Assembly (NCBI GenBank): GCA_958009085.1
Contig: OY253670.1
Coordinates: 496,001 to 560,000 of the forward strand
Origin: Protoeuglena noctilucae
Lineage: Eukaryota
Reading direction: 5' to 3'
Length of the DNA stretch: 64,000 bases
How positions within the stretch are numbered: the stretch's first letter is position 1; each line of letters opens with the position of its first letter. The notes below the pieces were generated by a model. That model was not told where the DNA came from and did not search any database. It was given only the letters and a program-made list of their open reading frames with translations. The position numbers were made by a program, and so were the translations under genes. Below, piece by piece: positions 24,037 to 35,529 of the stretch.

Positions 24037-25760
24037 ATGTCGCCGCAGAGGCAGCGCGCGAAGCTGGTCGAGCAACAGGCCCGGCTGCAGCAGAACATCG
24101 AGTCGCGCGACACGCAACGGCAGGAGAACAAACTCAAGCGTGCACTCGCTAAGGTGCGCAGTGGCGCTGCGCGACGGAGCAGGCACGCACAACGTCCGGC
24201 TTCCCGCTGCCCTGCGCTGCACCCAGGAGAGCTCAATAGCCTGATGGTCGCAGCATGAGCTCAATTAGAAAGTGATTTGCATATTCGCAGGGTCTGGATG
24301 TCTATGAGACACGGGAGCGCACGGAGCCGTTGCCCAAGCGCAGCAATGCCACGGGCGGCATTGTTCTGGGCCAGCGGGGAGATGGCTTGGCACCATTAGC
24401 AGGTGAACGCAGACGTCGCTTTACACAGCGCTTGCAGACATAGCGAGGATCGTTGGAAACGCGACCGCTGCTCATGCGACCCTCCTTCACGCCTGCCTGC
24501 AGTCACCACGTTCACATGCGACATCTGCAAGGTCGAATACGCGACCCAGGCAAGTAAATGAATGGTCTTTAATTCGCGCGTGCATCATGGGGGAGCTAGA
24601 GAGGCGCGGGAGGGGCTGTGTTGCGCAGCACTTGCACGGCCATTGATTGATTCGCGTTTTCTGCCGCAGGGGGAGTTGGCTCTGCATCTTCAGGGTCCGG
24701 CTCATCGCGTGGCTGTCGAGAGGGCTCGGAAGGAGGCGGAGGACGCAGCCAGGCCCGAGCGAGCGGCCGCGAAAGCGTGAGGCGCTGCGATCGGGTTGCT
24801 TGGGAGTCAACGACTCAATCCAGAGCAAGGAGATCACATGTTACGATAAGATTGGGCTGAGAATGCTTCTGATATGTAATGGTTCTGGTTGTTTCACATA
24901 CCAAAGAGTCTGGCTCAAATTATCACCTCACGTCGTTCGTGCTGTGCTCGTGTCCCCAGGGCGCTGGAGCAGGCGCGGTGGGACGGCCACGACCTGTCGC
25001 GAGGCGCGGGGTACGTGCGAGTGCCTGCGGGGGGAAGGGGAGGTGAGGAGAGGGGTGGGAGGGGCCCGTGCGAGCACCGGCAACGGGCGGGGAGGGCACG
25101 ACAGGGGCTTTGACTTTGACAGACATTAAACCACCTACCAAGCGCCATCATCGCGACTCCGATCGACCAATGTGTCTTATAATCCTCTTCACAAACGCAG
25201 GGAGAGGCCGTGGGCCCCCCCGGCCGCCACCCCCGGCGGCGTTGGCGCCAAAGCGAGCGGGAGAGGTCACATCTCACGAGCAACACCTGACAGACGTGAG
25301 AAGGCGTGCGGGGGCGGGTCCTCTCGATATCGATGGGTGGGTGCCGCCAGTCATCACAGGCGGGGCGGCGGGGGCATTGGAGGGAGCAGAGGTGGGTGGC
25401 GGGGGTGCGGGTGGGGATGGCAGGGATGGGGCGGGGTGGGGCGATGAGGGTGGGCGGGGTGGGGAGGGAGCGAAGGAGGATGGGAGCGCGGTAGGGTGGG
25501 CGGGGGATGAGGGGGAGTTGAAGAAAGAGGATGGGGGCGCTGTGGGGGTGACGGGGGCAGGTGGTCGAAAAGAGGGGGCTGTAGTGGGGCTGAAGAAGGA
25601 TGAGGGTGGTGGGGTGGGAGTGGATGGGGATGGGGACGAGGCCGACGACAGTGGAGGTGGAGGCGGCATGGGGTTGGTGGGGTATGGGAGTGATAGCGAG
25701 GGGAGCGGTGGGGACGGGAGCGGTAGCGAGGGTGGCAATAATGCAGTGCGGTACTTTTGA
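24037..25760 (+). CDS. C2H2 (matrin/U1-like) zinc-finger protein with coiled-coil N-terminus and Gly/acidic C-terminus
   Basis: The finger FTCDICKVEYATQ|GELALHLQGPAH is only complete if the GC-AG intron 24550-24669 is spliced. RGG-like segment and C-terminal LVGYGSDSE. Start codon uncertain. Confidence 0.7.
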
Positions 25761-25935
25761 AGTCGCTTTAAAGCGATAGCGAGGGTGGCGATGTATTCTG
25801 TGCCTTTGACACTTGTTTGTGGAAGAGGCAGCGACGGTGGCACAGTCGCTGCAGTCGCGTCACGTTGCGATTCAAGGAGCACAGCGTTGCAATGCCTTCC
25901 GCGGCCATATCTTAGCTGGTAAGCACTTCTCTACG

Positions 25936-28290
25936 TCACTCCTCGACCAGCCCCGCGGCCGTCAGCACCTCCCTCGCGCCCGCCGCCCCCGCCCCGCCCT
26001 CGACCATTCGGTACGCCCCAGCTTCCCCCACCCGCACCACCGCCCCCAGCCCCGGCCCTCCCATCCGCAGCGCCACCCCGCCCCCGATATCCACCAGTGG
26101 CCCTGCACCCTCCCCACTTCTTGCATCCTCATACACCACTCGCAGTCCCGGCACCCCATCATTAGACAACGACAGGCCATCTACTGACGGCACTGACACC
26201 GGTGCACCATTCTTACTAGACAAAGGAACGCTCGATGCACCACCAGCTGCACCCCGCGCCCCCACTGTCGCAGGGGCACACGCCAATGGCCGGCCGTAAG
26301 CGTGCGCCAAATCCGACGCAAACCGACCGGACGGCATGAACCCCACTGCCTCCTGCGCCCCGTGGTCCGACCCGACTGCGCCGCCGCAGACAGCCCGGCT
26401 GAGGCGCGGCGGGGTGTCACCCTGGACTGCTGAACGCGAATGCTCCACCCCGCCCGCTGTTGCATCCCCACCCGTCGCCCCCGCCTCCCCATTGGTCCGC
26501 ACCGCCGCCTGCACTGCGCAGGGCGCTTCTAACAGCGTCTCGAGATGCGGGGCAACGGAGGCTGGGACTGCCATGTGCCTCGCCAGGGCAGTGGGAGTGC
26601 CAAAGGCGACGTGCAGCGGGTGCGTGGGTGGGAGGCCCGTCAGGCGCCTGCGGGGGGTGGGGAGAGAGGAAGTGGGGTAACTTAGCATGGGTTTGGATGA
26701 GGAAGCACATCAAGCAGTGGATAGAGAACGCAATTGGTGCGGTGGTGTACGGGACAGGTCACTGTCACAGCTGCGCCTCAGCTGAGCATGCAGCTCCCAA
26801 AATCTGCCGCCCCGTGTCCCTCACCGCATCGCTGAGACGGCTCTGTCGTCAGTCGCGTCGCAGCAAAGCCAGTGCCCCTGCCCTGGCCCCATTCCCGGCA
26901 CCGCCACCGCCTCCCCCGCCGAAAGCGCGCACACCCCCGCCGCCAGCGTCGCGCAGTACGCATGCTGCAGGTCTTCGCTGCTCGGCCCCGCATCCCCCGC
27001 GCCACCTGCCTCCCCCGCCCCGGCACCCCTTTCTGACACGGCGGCCTCTGACACGCCTTGCTCTGGCACGCGCATCAGGGCCGTGCGGGGCCGCCAGGCG
27101 AAGTCAAAAACCACCGAGAGGTGATCGGATGGGAACTGAGTCGACGGCAGGGCCACCTCCCGGGTCACAGCACGTTCGTCAGGCAGGGGTATCTCCCTGC
27201 GATGATGTGATGGAGAAGAGGGGGGTTGGATGGGGTGAGGAGGTGAGGAGGGAGTGGGGAGGGGTAAGGGGGTGAGGAGGGAGTGGGCTGGGTGAGGAGG
27301 TGAGGAGGGACTGGGCGGGGTAGGGGGGGAGGGCATGTGACATCAATGCACCGACAAGGGTGAGGTCCGCTCCCCGCCATGCCTCATGAATCAGTTCACC
27401 TGACTTCTTCCAATGTCGAGTTGTCCAGCCACACGTGGTCGAGCAGTCCCTTGTAACCGCGCACGTAGTTGGTCCAAGGGGCGCGCATGCCACCCGCAGC
27501 AAACTGCGAGTATAATAAGAGCGGAGACTGAGACACTCAATCTCAGCCAGGTCAGACCAAACAGTGACGACAACCCACTCGCAGCGAGGCATGGTATCCA
27601 GCCCTCTCATCTGGCGCATCACCCCTCACCTTCACCAGCAACCCTTACACCGCCCCTCGCTTCCACCCCACCCCATCTCTCACCAGCCGCACCACTACCC
27701 CTACCCTTCACCAACAACCCCTAAACCACCCATTCCATTCACCCCATCTCTCTCACCAGTCTCAGCGGTGCGTCCAGCGAAGGCGCCGCCCTCCACTCCA
27801 ACGGTTCTGGCACCCACGCCGCATCCGGCAGACCGAACCGCCACGGCTCTTCTCCCTCCTCTCCCGCATCCTCCGCGCCACTGTCACCCTCCCCCGCCCC
27901 CTGTGCCGCACTCGCGCTCCCACCCGGTGCGCCGCCCCCACCGCCGCCCCCGCCACCCCTTCCGCCACCGTCCCCCGGCGCAGCGTGACTGTCCTCCTCC
28001 CCACCGCCTCCCTTCCCCTCTCCCCAGGTGAAGTTGTCGATGTCTTTCCAATCCCAGTAGTCGCCACTCAGCCGGCCGTACTGCAGCATCTCTGGAATGC
28101 TCGGGAGGCCGTCATTGAGGTCAGAGTTGAAGTCGCCGCACTGAGGGGTGAGGGAGAGGTGGGGACGGGTGGGAAGGGTGAGAAGGGTGAGGGTGAGGGT
28201 GAGGGGGAGGGTGAGGGTGAGGGTGAGGGAGAGGGGGAGGGTGAGGGGGAGGGGGAGGGGGAGGGTGAGGGGGAGGGTGAGGAGGAGGGG

Positions 28291-28331
<41 letters not shown>

Positions 28332-28356
28332 GGAGGGTGAGGGTGAGGGTGAGGGG

Positions 28357-28387
<31 letters not shown>

Positions 28388-30996
28388 AGGAAAGAGAGGG
28401 AGGGTCAAATGGCAGTGCTCATGCAATCGCTGGCACCTCTTAACTCATTCCAACCCACTGACTCCCGCTTACTCACCCACACCGCCGCTGGCCCTCTCAG
28501 TGCACAGCATTGCCCCCACTCACTCCACCCACTCACCCACACCACCGCTGGCCTCTCCTGGCACTTCCCCTCCGCCACCGCCTCGTCTCTGGCGCGGCGA
28601 ATGAGGTCCGCCATGACATAGGCGTGGATGGAGCGGACGTGGGAGGCGCGCGGGTGGAAGAAGAGGTGGGTGTTGCCCAGGACAAGGGGGTGATCGGGAG
28701 CCGACACGGGGGCGAGCGTCAGCAGCTGTGAGGGGAAAAGGACAGGTGGGTGTTGGGGGTTTGCACAGAATGAGGGAAAGGGTGGGGCCGACACGGGGGC
28801 GAGGGTCAGCAGCTGCGGGTGCAGGGTATGGGCAAGGGCATGCGTATGCACAAGGACAGCGCTTTGAGGGTTTGGTGCGCCCTTAGTTGTCCCCCTCCTA
28901 AGCATGGCAGTCGAATCGCCATGCCAGTGGCAGTAGAACTACCAATCATGACAACCTTGGCCACCTCTCCTGCAGCACCGTCGTCGCTCTCCCCACCACC
29001 TCACCTGCAGCATGCCAGCACCCTCACCAACACCCTGACCATCCTCACCTGCAGCACCGTGGTCACTTTCTCCAACACCTTCCGTAAGTGGGGATACCGC
29101 TCCGCCAGCTCCCTCACAAAGGCGTACCTCTCATGGCCACCCCACGCGCAGTCGCCGTCCACCAAACCACGCATGGCGAACACCTGGCTGTCCACCAACG
29201 TGAACCTGCGATGAAGAGTTAATAGTAAAACGGCATGACTCGAGCTGTGTGAGAAAATTAGCTGTTTGACTTGTAAAGCACGTTAGTGAGGCGCAAGCCA
29301 TGCACGTCGCCTCTCCTCCCCATTGTGACTCTATCCGCCGCCGCCCACCCCCCATCCTAAGCACCCCAAGCAAACACATTCCAAATATCATTCAGCATCG
29401 CGTTTCGGGCACCTGCTGGTCCGCCAGAACGTCGCGCACCCCTCCGTCACCGGCCCCGCCTTTTTGGCGAATCGACCCTCGTATCCCCGCCCCCGCAGAA
29501 CCGGCTCATAAAGCGAGAAAGTCTTTTCGTCGCATTCCTGCAGAGCTACGACGTCGCAGTGGAATCCGAGGATCTCTTGAAGCACCAGCTGACGGCGGTA
29601 TCCGATCTGCGAACACGCAAAGCAGACAGCATCGTGACTATCTCATGACTATGACACAGTGTCCGACACAGGATTAGATACTGTGTCGCAGTTGCACATG
29701 AACATGTGTAAATCGAACCATCCCATCGCACAAGGCTCCCCAGCTCGCCCGCTTGCCTCGAGTGCAGCGGGGGCGCAGTACCCAAACAGCGTGGTCTTGG
29801 CGTAGGTGGAACTGGCGTACTGGTCCGCCAGAATGTTGTACGTCATCACGCGGAGGCCGGGGGACGCGAGCGGGGCGGGCGTGAGGGAGTGGCGGCCCTC
29901 GCCAGGCAGCCGTGCAGGCGCGGCGGCCACCACCCCAGCGTCCGCCCTCTGTAAAGCCCCGCTCACGATGCCGTCCGACGGCGTCGCGTGCACGAAGAGC
30001 CGGCAACCCGCATCCGCGGCGTCGGGCACGTACTCGCTCCCGCGCCCCACCTCGCGCCATGCCACGGCGGGTGCGGCGGCTTTCGACCCGTTGGGCGATG
30101 GCGACGGGGAGGGCGGCGCGCGGGACTGCAGGTGCCAGGTGATGGTCGTGAAACGCTCGTCCGCAAACGCGAGGCGGGCGACGGCGGCGACGGGGACGCC
30201 GGGGATCGGGGAGGCACCGCCCGCTGTGGTCGTGAGCTCCGTGACGGTGGGCGGGTCGCGCGTGATTTGCGCCACGCGCCCGGCGATGACGAGGGAGCGC
30301 GGCGGACGCCACGCCACGTCGTTCGTCGTCGAGGGATCCACCGTCGCAAAGCCCTCTCTGCGGGCGGGGGGGCAAACCTCGCGCGTTGTGCCGTAACATT
30401 GTGCGATGTGCTGACGGGGTGACTGCGACTCCGCGGCCCAGCGCAGAGCCGCCATGCGATGCTGCAAATGAGCATTTTCGTCACCTGAGCTCGACCTTGG
30501 GCAGCGGGCCCTCCTGGCGGCCCTTATTCCCTTTCTTGCCCTTCTTCCATGGCGTGGGTGGGGCCTTGCCCGGCGGACAGAACTCCGGGATCTTCGCGGC
30601 CTCGATGCTGATGCGCTGCAGCACTCTGCCGACCTCCTCATTCCTGGGGCGTACGAATCCCCGGAAACCCATCGGCCCGCCGAAGTAAAGGAAGATCGTA
30701 ATGCTGGGCGTCCCCGGCAGCGCGCGCGCGACGACCCTCAGCTCGTCGTCAGCGGGCGCATCGGAGCCCGACTCCAATATCGAGCGCATCCGGCCCTGTG
30801 GCTCGGCCATCGGGCGCCGGTGCGCGGCGCTGCGCGTGTTGGGGGCCAGCTGGGGCTGTGGCGCTCCGCGCGGGGCCCTTGAGGCGCGAGCGGGGTGGGA
30901 AGATGTCGGGAATTTCGATGAAGTGGAGGATGACCGAACAAGCGCCACCGACATGCCTCGCGCGATGCCAAGCAAGGCGACGCAGCCCCGGCGCAT
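25936..30996 (-). CDS. PDE12: 2',5'-phosphodiesterase 12 (CCR4/EEP-family deadenylase) with a fused C-terminal YrdC/Sua5-like domain
   Basis: RVMTYNILADQYA; YCAPAALE|IGYRRQL..LQECD; NTHLFFHP; CGDFN; TNYVRGYKGLLDYVW; FPSDH. The frame continues into a YrdC-like sequence via intron 26824-26648. Intron 29756-29607 is GC-AG. Start codon approximate. Confidence 0.88.
28185..28390. repeat. (GAGGGT/GAGGGG)n hexamer microsatellite in a PDE12 intron
   Basis: About 200 bp of tandem GAGGGT with GAGGGG variants. It reads (CCCTCA)n on the transcribed strand, just upstream of the acceptor at 28142. Confidence 0.95.
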
Positions 30997-31422
30997 GAGG
31001 TGCCCCAGAGGGGCAGGCTGCTGGGCCGCGCGGGTCAATGCGTGCAGGAGGCGCAAGACGGCTTGATATAGAGCGCGTGCGGACCACGCATCAGCCAAAG
31101 GACGGCCCCTCTCCGCGCTGCCAGTGCCCCAGCCCGCCAGTACTCAGCCGTTCGCGTCAAATGACGGGCCCTTTGCTCCATCACTCACACACTCGGGTGC
31201 AGCGAGGGCGCTGCGTCGTCATCGCCTGGAAATGTGCAGCCCAGGGACCATGGGCACGAGCTGCACTGCATGGGTGACGATGCGGGCTGATGCAGGTGCC
31301 AGACGCGGGCCTCTTAGGCCTTTATTCCGCGCCCGTCTCGTCATACATCCATTCCGCTCTCGCGCACCCGGAGAACCTCCCCAACCCGGCGCTCGCCTCC
31401 CGCCTTGACGTCTGATATCGAT

Positions 31423-32676
31423 ATGCGGTGCCTCGTGATGGCTGCTGGCCTGGCAGCGCTGGCCACCGCGGCCCTCGCCGCGCTCCCCGCCTCCGTGACC
31501 AACCTGAGCTCTTTCCTGGACTACGCCAAGGCTCAGCCGGACGACAGCCTCTTCAAGAGCGGCACCGTGGCTGCGACCGAGCCGGTCGGCAAGTGAGTAC
31601 GTTACGAGGGTGAAAGACGCATCGAGCCCCTGCCGTTCAGCGCCGTTGCGACTCCCCCACCCATCCTCTGTGCGTTTGGCGCGGCAACGCATGCAAACGC
31701 GCATGCAAACGCCCATCCCAGGTATGATGGCGCCATCTACAACGTTCAGGCGGTCCCCTCGCTGAACCAGCAGGAGCAAGTGATCGCCGCCGCCGTCGCG
31801 GCAGGTAAGAGAGGAAGCTCGGGGCCTGTCAGACATGATGCTGCATATTATGCAGCAGGTGGGCGTGCACGGCACGAGCGCCGCTGAGTGGCCGCTTCAA
31901 CCCGCCCCGCCCGCAGGCGCATGGCAGGGGTACTCTTTTGACGGGCACGGCGGCGTGGTGCAGATTCTGCAGGGTGGCCAGACGGGTCTCCCCGGCAAGC
32001 TGTCCAAGGCACCGGCAGTGGCGGACCCCTCAATGACGGTGTGGCGCATAGACTACCCCGACTCGTCTTACATCTCCTTCCTGGTGAGCGCCATGGGTCG
32101 TGGTGGGTGAGCGCCATGGTCGTGGTGGGTGAGCGCCATGGGTCGTCTTAGCTATGGCGCAAATGGGAGCGCAGCTGACGCGCATGTGCGAGTGCTCTTT
32201 GCAGGTGGACGAGCTCGTGGAGGTGCAGCCGGGGTACCTGGCTGGCAGGTCATACGAGAAGGCCAGCAAGACCCTGGTGAGGGAGGGCAGCGGTGGTCAT
32301 GGGCATAGTGAAGTGGCGGTTCATGCGAGGCAAGTGTTTGGGACAAGAGACGAACTACGCTGCTTTCCATCCTCCGCAGCTGTGGGAGTCCGTCCTTGTC
32401 AGCTCATCCATCGATAACAGCGGACCCAGCGCCAGCCCCACCCCTGTTGCCGGCTCTGCCACTTCTGCCACTGCCACCCCTGCCGCCTCTGCCACTGCCA
32501 CTACCCCTGCCACTGCCACTGCCACCCCTGCCGGCACCTCTGCCATCACCACCCCCACCGCCACCGCTGCCACCAACCCCACTCCTGCCGCCACCTCTGC
32601 CACCAGCTCCACGCCCGCCGCCACCTCTGCCACCACCCCCACCCCTGCTGCCACCCCCGCTGCCGTCAGCCCCTAA
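31423..32676 (+). CDS. Secreted protein with a globular domain and a Thr/Ala/Pro-rich tail (5 exons)
   Basis: Signal peptide MRCLVMAAGLAALATAALA; phase-consistent GT-AG introns; WQGYSFDG..WRIDY..LVDELVEVQPGYLAGRSY; ATATPA-type repeats at 32430-32670. Confidence 0.75.
32082..32146. repeat. Three tandem copies of a ~22-23 bp unit that starts at a 5' splice site
   Basis: GGTGAGCGCCATG(G)GTCGTGGTGG occurs three times, the third truncated. Confidence 0.85.
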
Positions 32677-32816
32677 ATTGTGCTCTCGCACGCGCTGACG
32701 TTGAAAGCAGCTTCCCCTTATGTTGACGTTGAAAGCAGCTTTCACTGGCGAGTGCAGCATCCAACAACATCCACGGCGCAGCTAGTGCTGGTGCCATGCT
32801 CAATCCCATCAGATGC

Positions 32817-34564
32817 TCACGCTGCATGAGCGTGGGCATGCACAGGGTACGTGACGCCCGCCAGGCTCTCGACGATGGTGTCCACCGCTCGCTCGCGTGC
32901 CTCGCCCCTGCACAGCTTCATCATCATGTGAGAGAGCTGGCGCACGACAAGGTCGTCGCTGGTGACGACCGCGCCGCGCTGGGCCAGGCGCAGCACCCTG
33001 CGACATTTGCGCCTCGCGGCAAGCTGGATCGGCGTCATACCCTCACTATCCCGGGCCTCCAACTCTGCCCCCGCATCCAGCAGCACGTCCACGCACGCGT
33101 GCTGCGCAATGTGCAAGGGCGTCCTGCCGTTCGCTTCGACAGCTCGCGTGTCTGCCCCCGCCGCCAGCAGCGCTTGCGCCACCTTCACCGCCTCGTGCTC
33201 CGCGGATAGCTGCACCGCGTAATGCAGAGGCGCCTTGCCCACCTCGTCGCGCGCCTCCAGGTCCGCCCCCGCGCCCAGCAGCACGTCCACGCACACCGCG
33301 TGCCCTGCGAAGTGCAGGGGCGTCCTGCCGTGCCCCCCCCCTGCAGTTGACGTCCGCGCCCAGCTCGACCAGGGTGCGGGCGACTTCGACGCGACCGTGC
33401 TTGCATGCCACGTGGAGTGGGGAGGCGTGAGCTCCACTGCCCTGGACGCTCACACCGCGCGCCGCCAGCCACCGCACCACCTCCTCCGTAGCCGCGTAAT
33501 GCATCGCAGTCCGCCCCAATCCGTCAGCGAGGGCCACGTCAGCCCCCAGCCCGACCAAGGCCTCCATAACCTCCACGTTGCCAAACCTGGCCGCCGGGCA
33601 GAGCGCCGTGCCAGACGGGCTCATGGCGTTGACGTCCACCCCCGCCTCCACCAGCCGCCTCAACATGCTCGTCGTAGGATGATACGCGCACACCACGTGC
33701 AAGATCCCATCTTGGCGATCCGTTTTCCAATCCTTCGCCGACGCCCCCGCCTCCATCACCTCCTCGTGGCCCCAGAATGCGGCGTAGAAAGCGCCATCCA
33801 ACCCTTGCTGTCACGCATGTCCACCTCGGCCCCCGCTGCCAGGCACACCACGACCGCCTCCAGGCACCCGCATTCAGCACAGCATGAGAGCACCGACCAT
33901 GCCTTGCACGGAAGCCGGTTGACGTCCGCCCCCGTGGCCACTGCCGTCCGCACCATCCGCGCCACCTCCCTGTCCCCCAGCGCGTACGCCCACTCCACCT
34001 TGCCGTCCGCCCCGCGACCCACCGGCCGCTCTGTTCGCAACGCCACCATCAGCGGCGTCAAGTCCGCGCCAACGTCGCCAGGCACGTGCCAGGAGTCGCC
34101 GTTGATGTCCGGCGACTCCGCCACCAGCAGGGCCAACCAGCACAGCCCCATGCTCGCCAGGTGGTGCGCGTGGGACCCCTCACACGCGTAAACCACCAAC
34201 GGGCCAAAGTTGAGCGCCATCTCGAGCACGCACTCGCCGAGGTGCCGATATATGGAGTCCCGCATGTCCTCCGCCGTGGGCCGGATGCCCCACGCCCTCC
34301 ACACCTCGTCCACCTCATCGCGCATCTCCGGCGACACGCCCCGCGCCGCCGTCGCGTCGCGCAGCGGCACCAGCCGCAGAATCTCGCGATGCAGCTCCCC
34401 GGGCAGGTCGTCCCACCCTGCGTGAGCGAGCGATTGGCGCGCAGTGTCGCAACCATGGCAAACGCAGCAGTCACATCACCAAGCCCCCCTCTGCGCGCCT
34501 CACCGACGCATGGTCCCTTGATTTTGGTCCGCGGCGACCGCTTGACCTTGCGTCCGCCTGCCAT
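32817..34564 (-). pseudogene. F-box plus ankyrin-repeat gene disrupted by two frameshifts (pseudogene or homopolymer assembly errors)
   Basis: F-box WDDLPGELHREILRLVPLRD..ARGVSPEMR; ankyrin repeats (GADVN, GRTAMHYAA, SPLHVACKHGRVEV, GRTPLH). The frame switches at ~33789 (A run) and at 33333-33341 (C9 run). Confidence 0.75.
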
Positions 34565-35529
34565 GGCGCACCGACCTGCGGAGGCGAGCAACCAGCGATG
34601 AGCACGCGTCCCTTCCTCGCGGACGCAGGCCCCGACGCCTGCCGATCCCCGCCACGGACTCGCACGTTCCACTCACGCGTCACACAGGCGTCTCGATCGG
34701 CCTCGCCAGAGCCGCGGACGCCCGCACAGGACCGCAACCCTAGAGGGCGACCTTCGTTCTCTGGTGACGTCCTTCCAGTGTAAGGAACCAGCGCCGTTCT
34801 CCTGGCTCGCAAGTCGGTGTGTTTGGAAGACGCGTTCCTCTTGGGTCAGACAAACGTAGTTGCCTGACAAGATGTTGCAAGAGCACGGACGCACTAAAGT
34901 GCGCTCTGCGGCCCCTTGCTTTATAATTGCCCATCCCAAGGCCATCCCTGGGGGCAACCTCCATCTGCGATGCTTCGCACTTCAACTTTAGCCGATGCAG
35001 ACCGGTGACGTCCCGGAGCCTGGATGGGCTGCAGGTGCCCCGCGCAGCGCAGCGCGAGTAATGCAATGTGGTGCTTATTTACTTTTAAATAGCCGGAACT
35101 ACTCCGCGTTGGGCTTCTGGCCTGGCGTGGTCCGCTTGGCCCTCTACCTGTTTTGACACCTTAGAGTGGCCGCCGCGTCAATCCCGTGCATCTTGCGGGG
35201 CAACAAGTGCGCAGCAGATGTTATATATGCACAATGTCCTCGCCGCAGGGTCTCGGGGTGCGGTACATGCGGTGAATGCGCCGCGGGTCTGCCGGCGCGC
35301 GACGGTTCCAGGTGCAGCGCGGCGCCGCGCTTTCGACCCCATGGCCACGCTATGAACCAACGCTTCGTTCCCGATTACCGGCGGCTGCACCCAATTTGCC
35401 GCCGGATGTGAATCGGTGGACGCAGGCTGTGCATCGCTGCCCACCGTGCCTTGACCCACAGAGTCCCTGGCATCCCTCGCCTCTCTTGCGTCTCGCGTCG
35501 ACCTCTCATGGGTGAGTCATATGGAGCTC

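Noticed and set aside
27985..28621. ORFs encoding poly-GE, poly-HP or poly-RV
   Set aside because: They are translations of the intronic (GAGGGT)n microsatellite, not genes.
32696..32743. Short direct repeat TGACGTTGAAAGCAGCTT x2, and TGACACCGA x3 at ~47500-47550
   Set aside because: Small local duplications with no evidence of function.
33333..33790. Programmed ribosomal frameshifting in the ankyrin gene
   Set aside because: No canonical slippery heptamer with a downstream structure is evident; mutation or homopolymer error is simpler.
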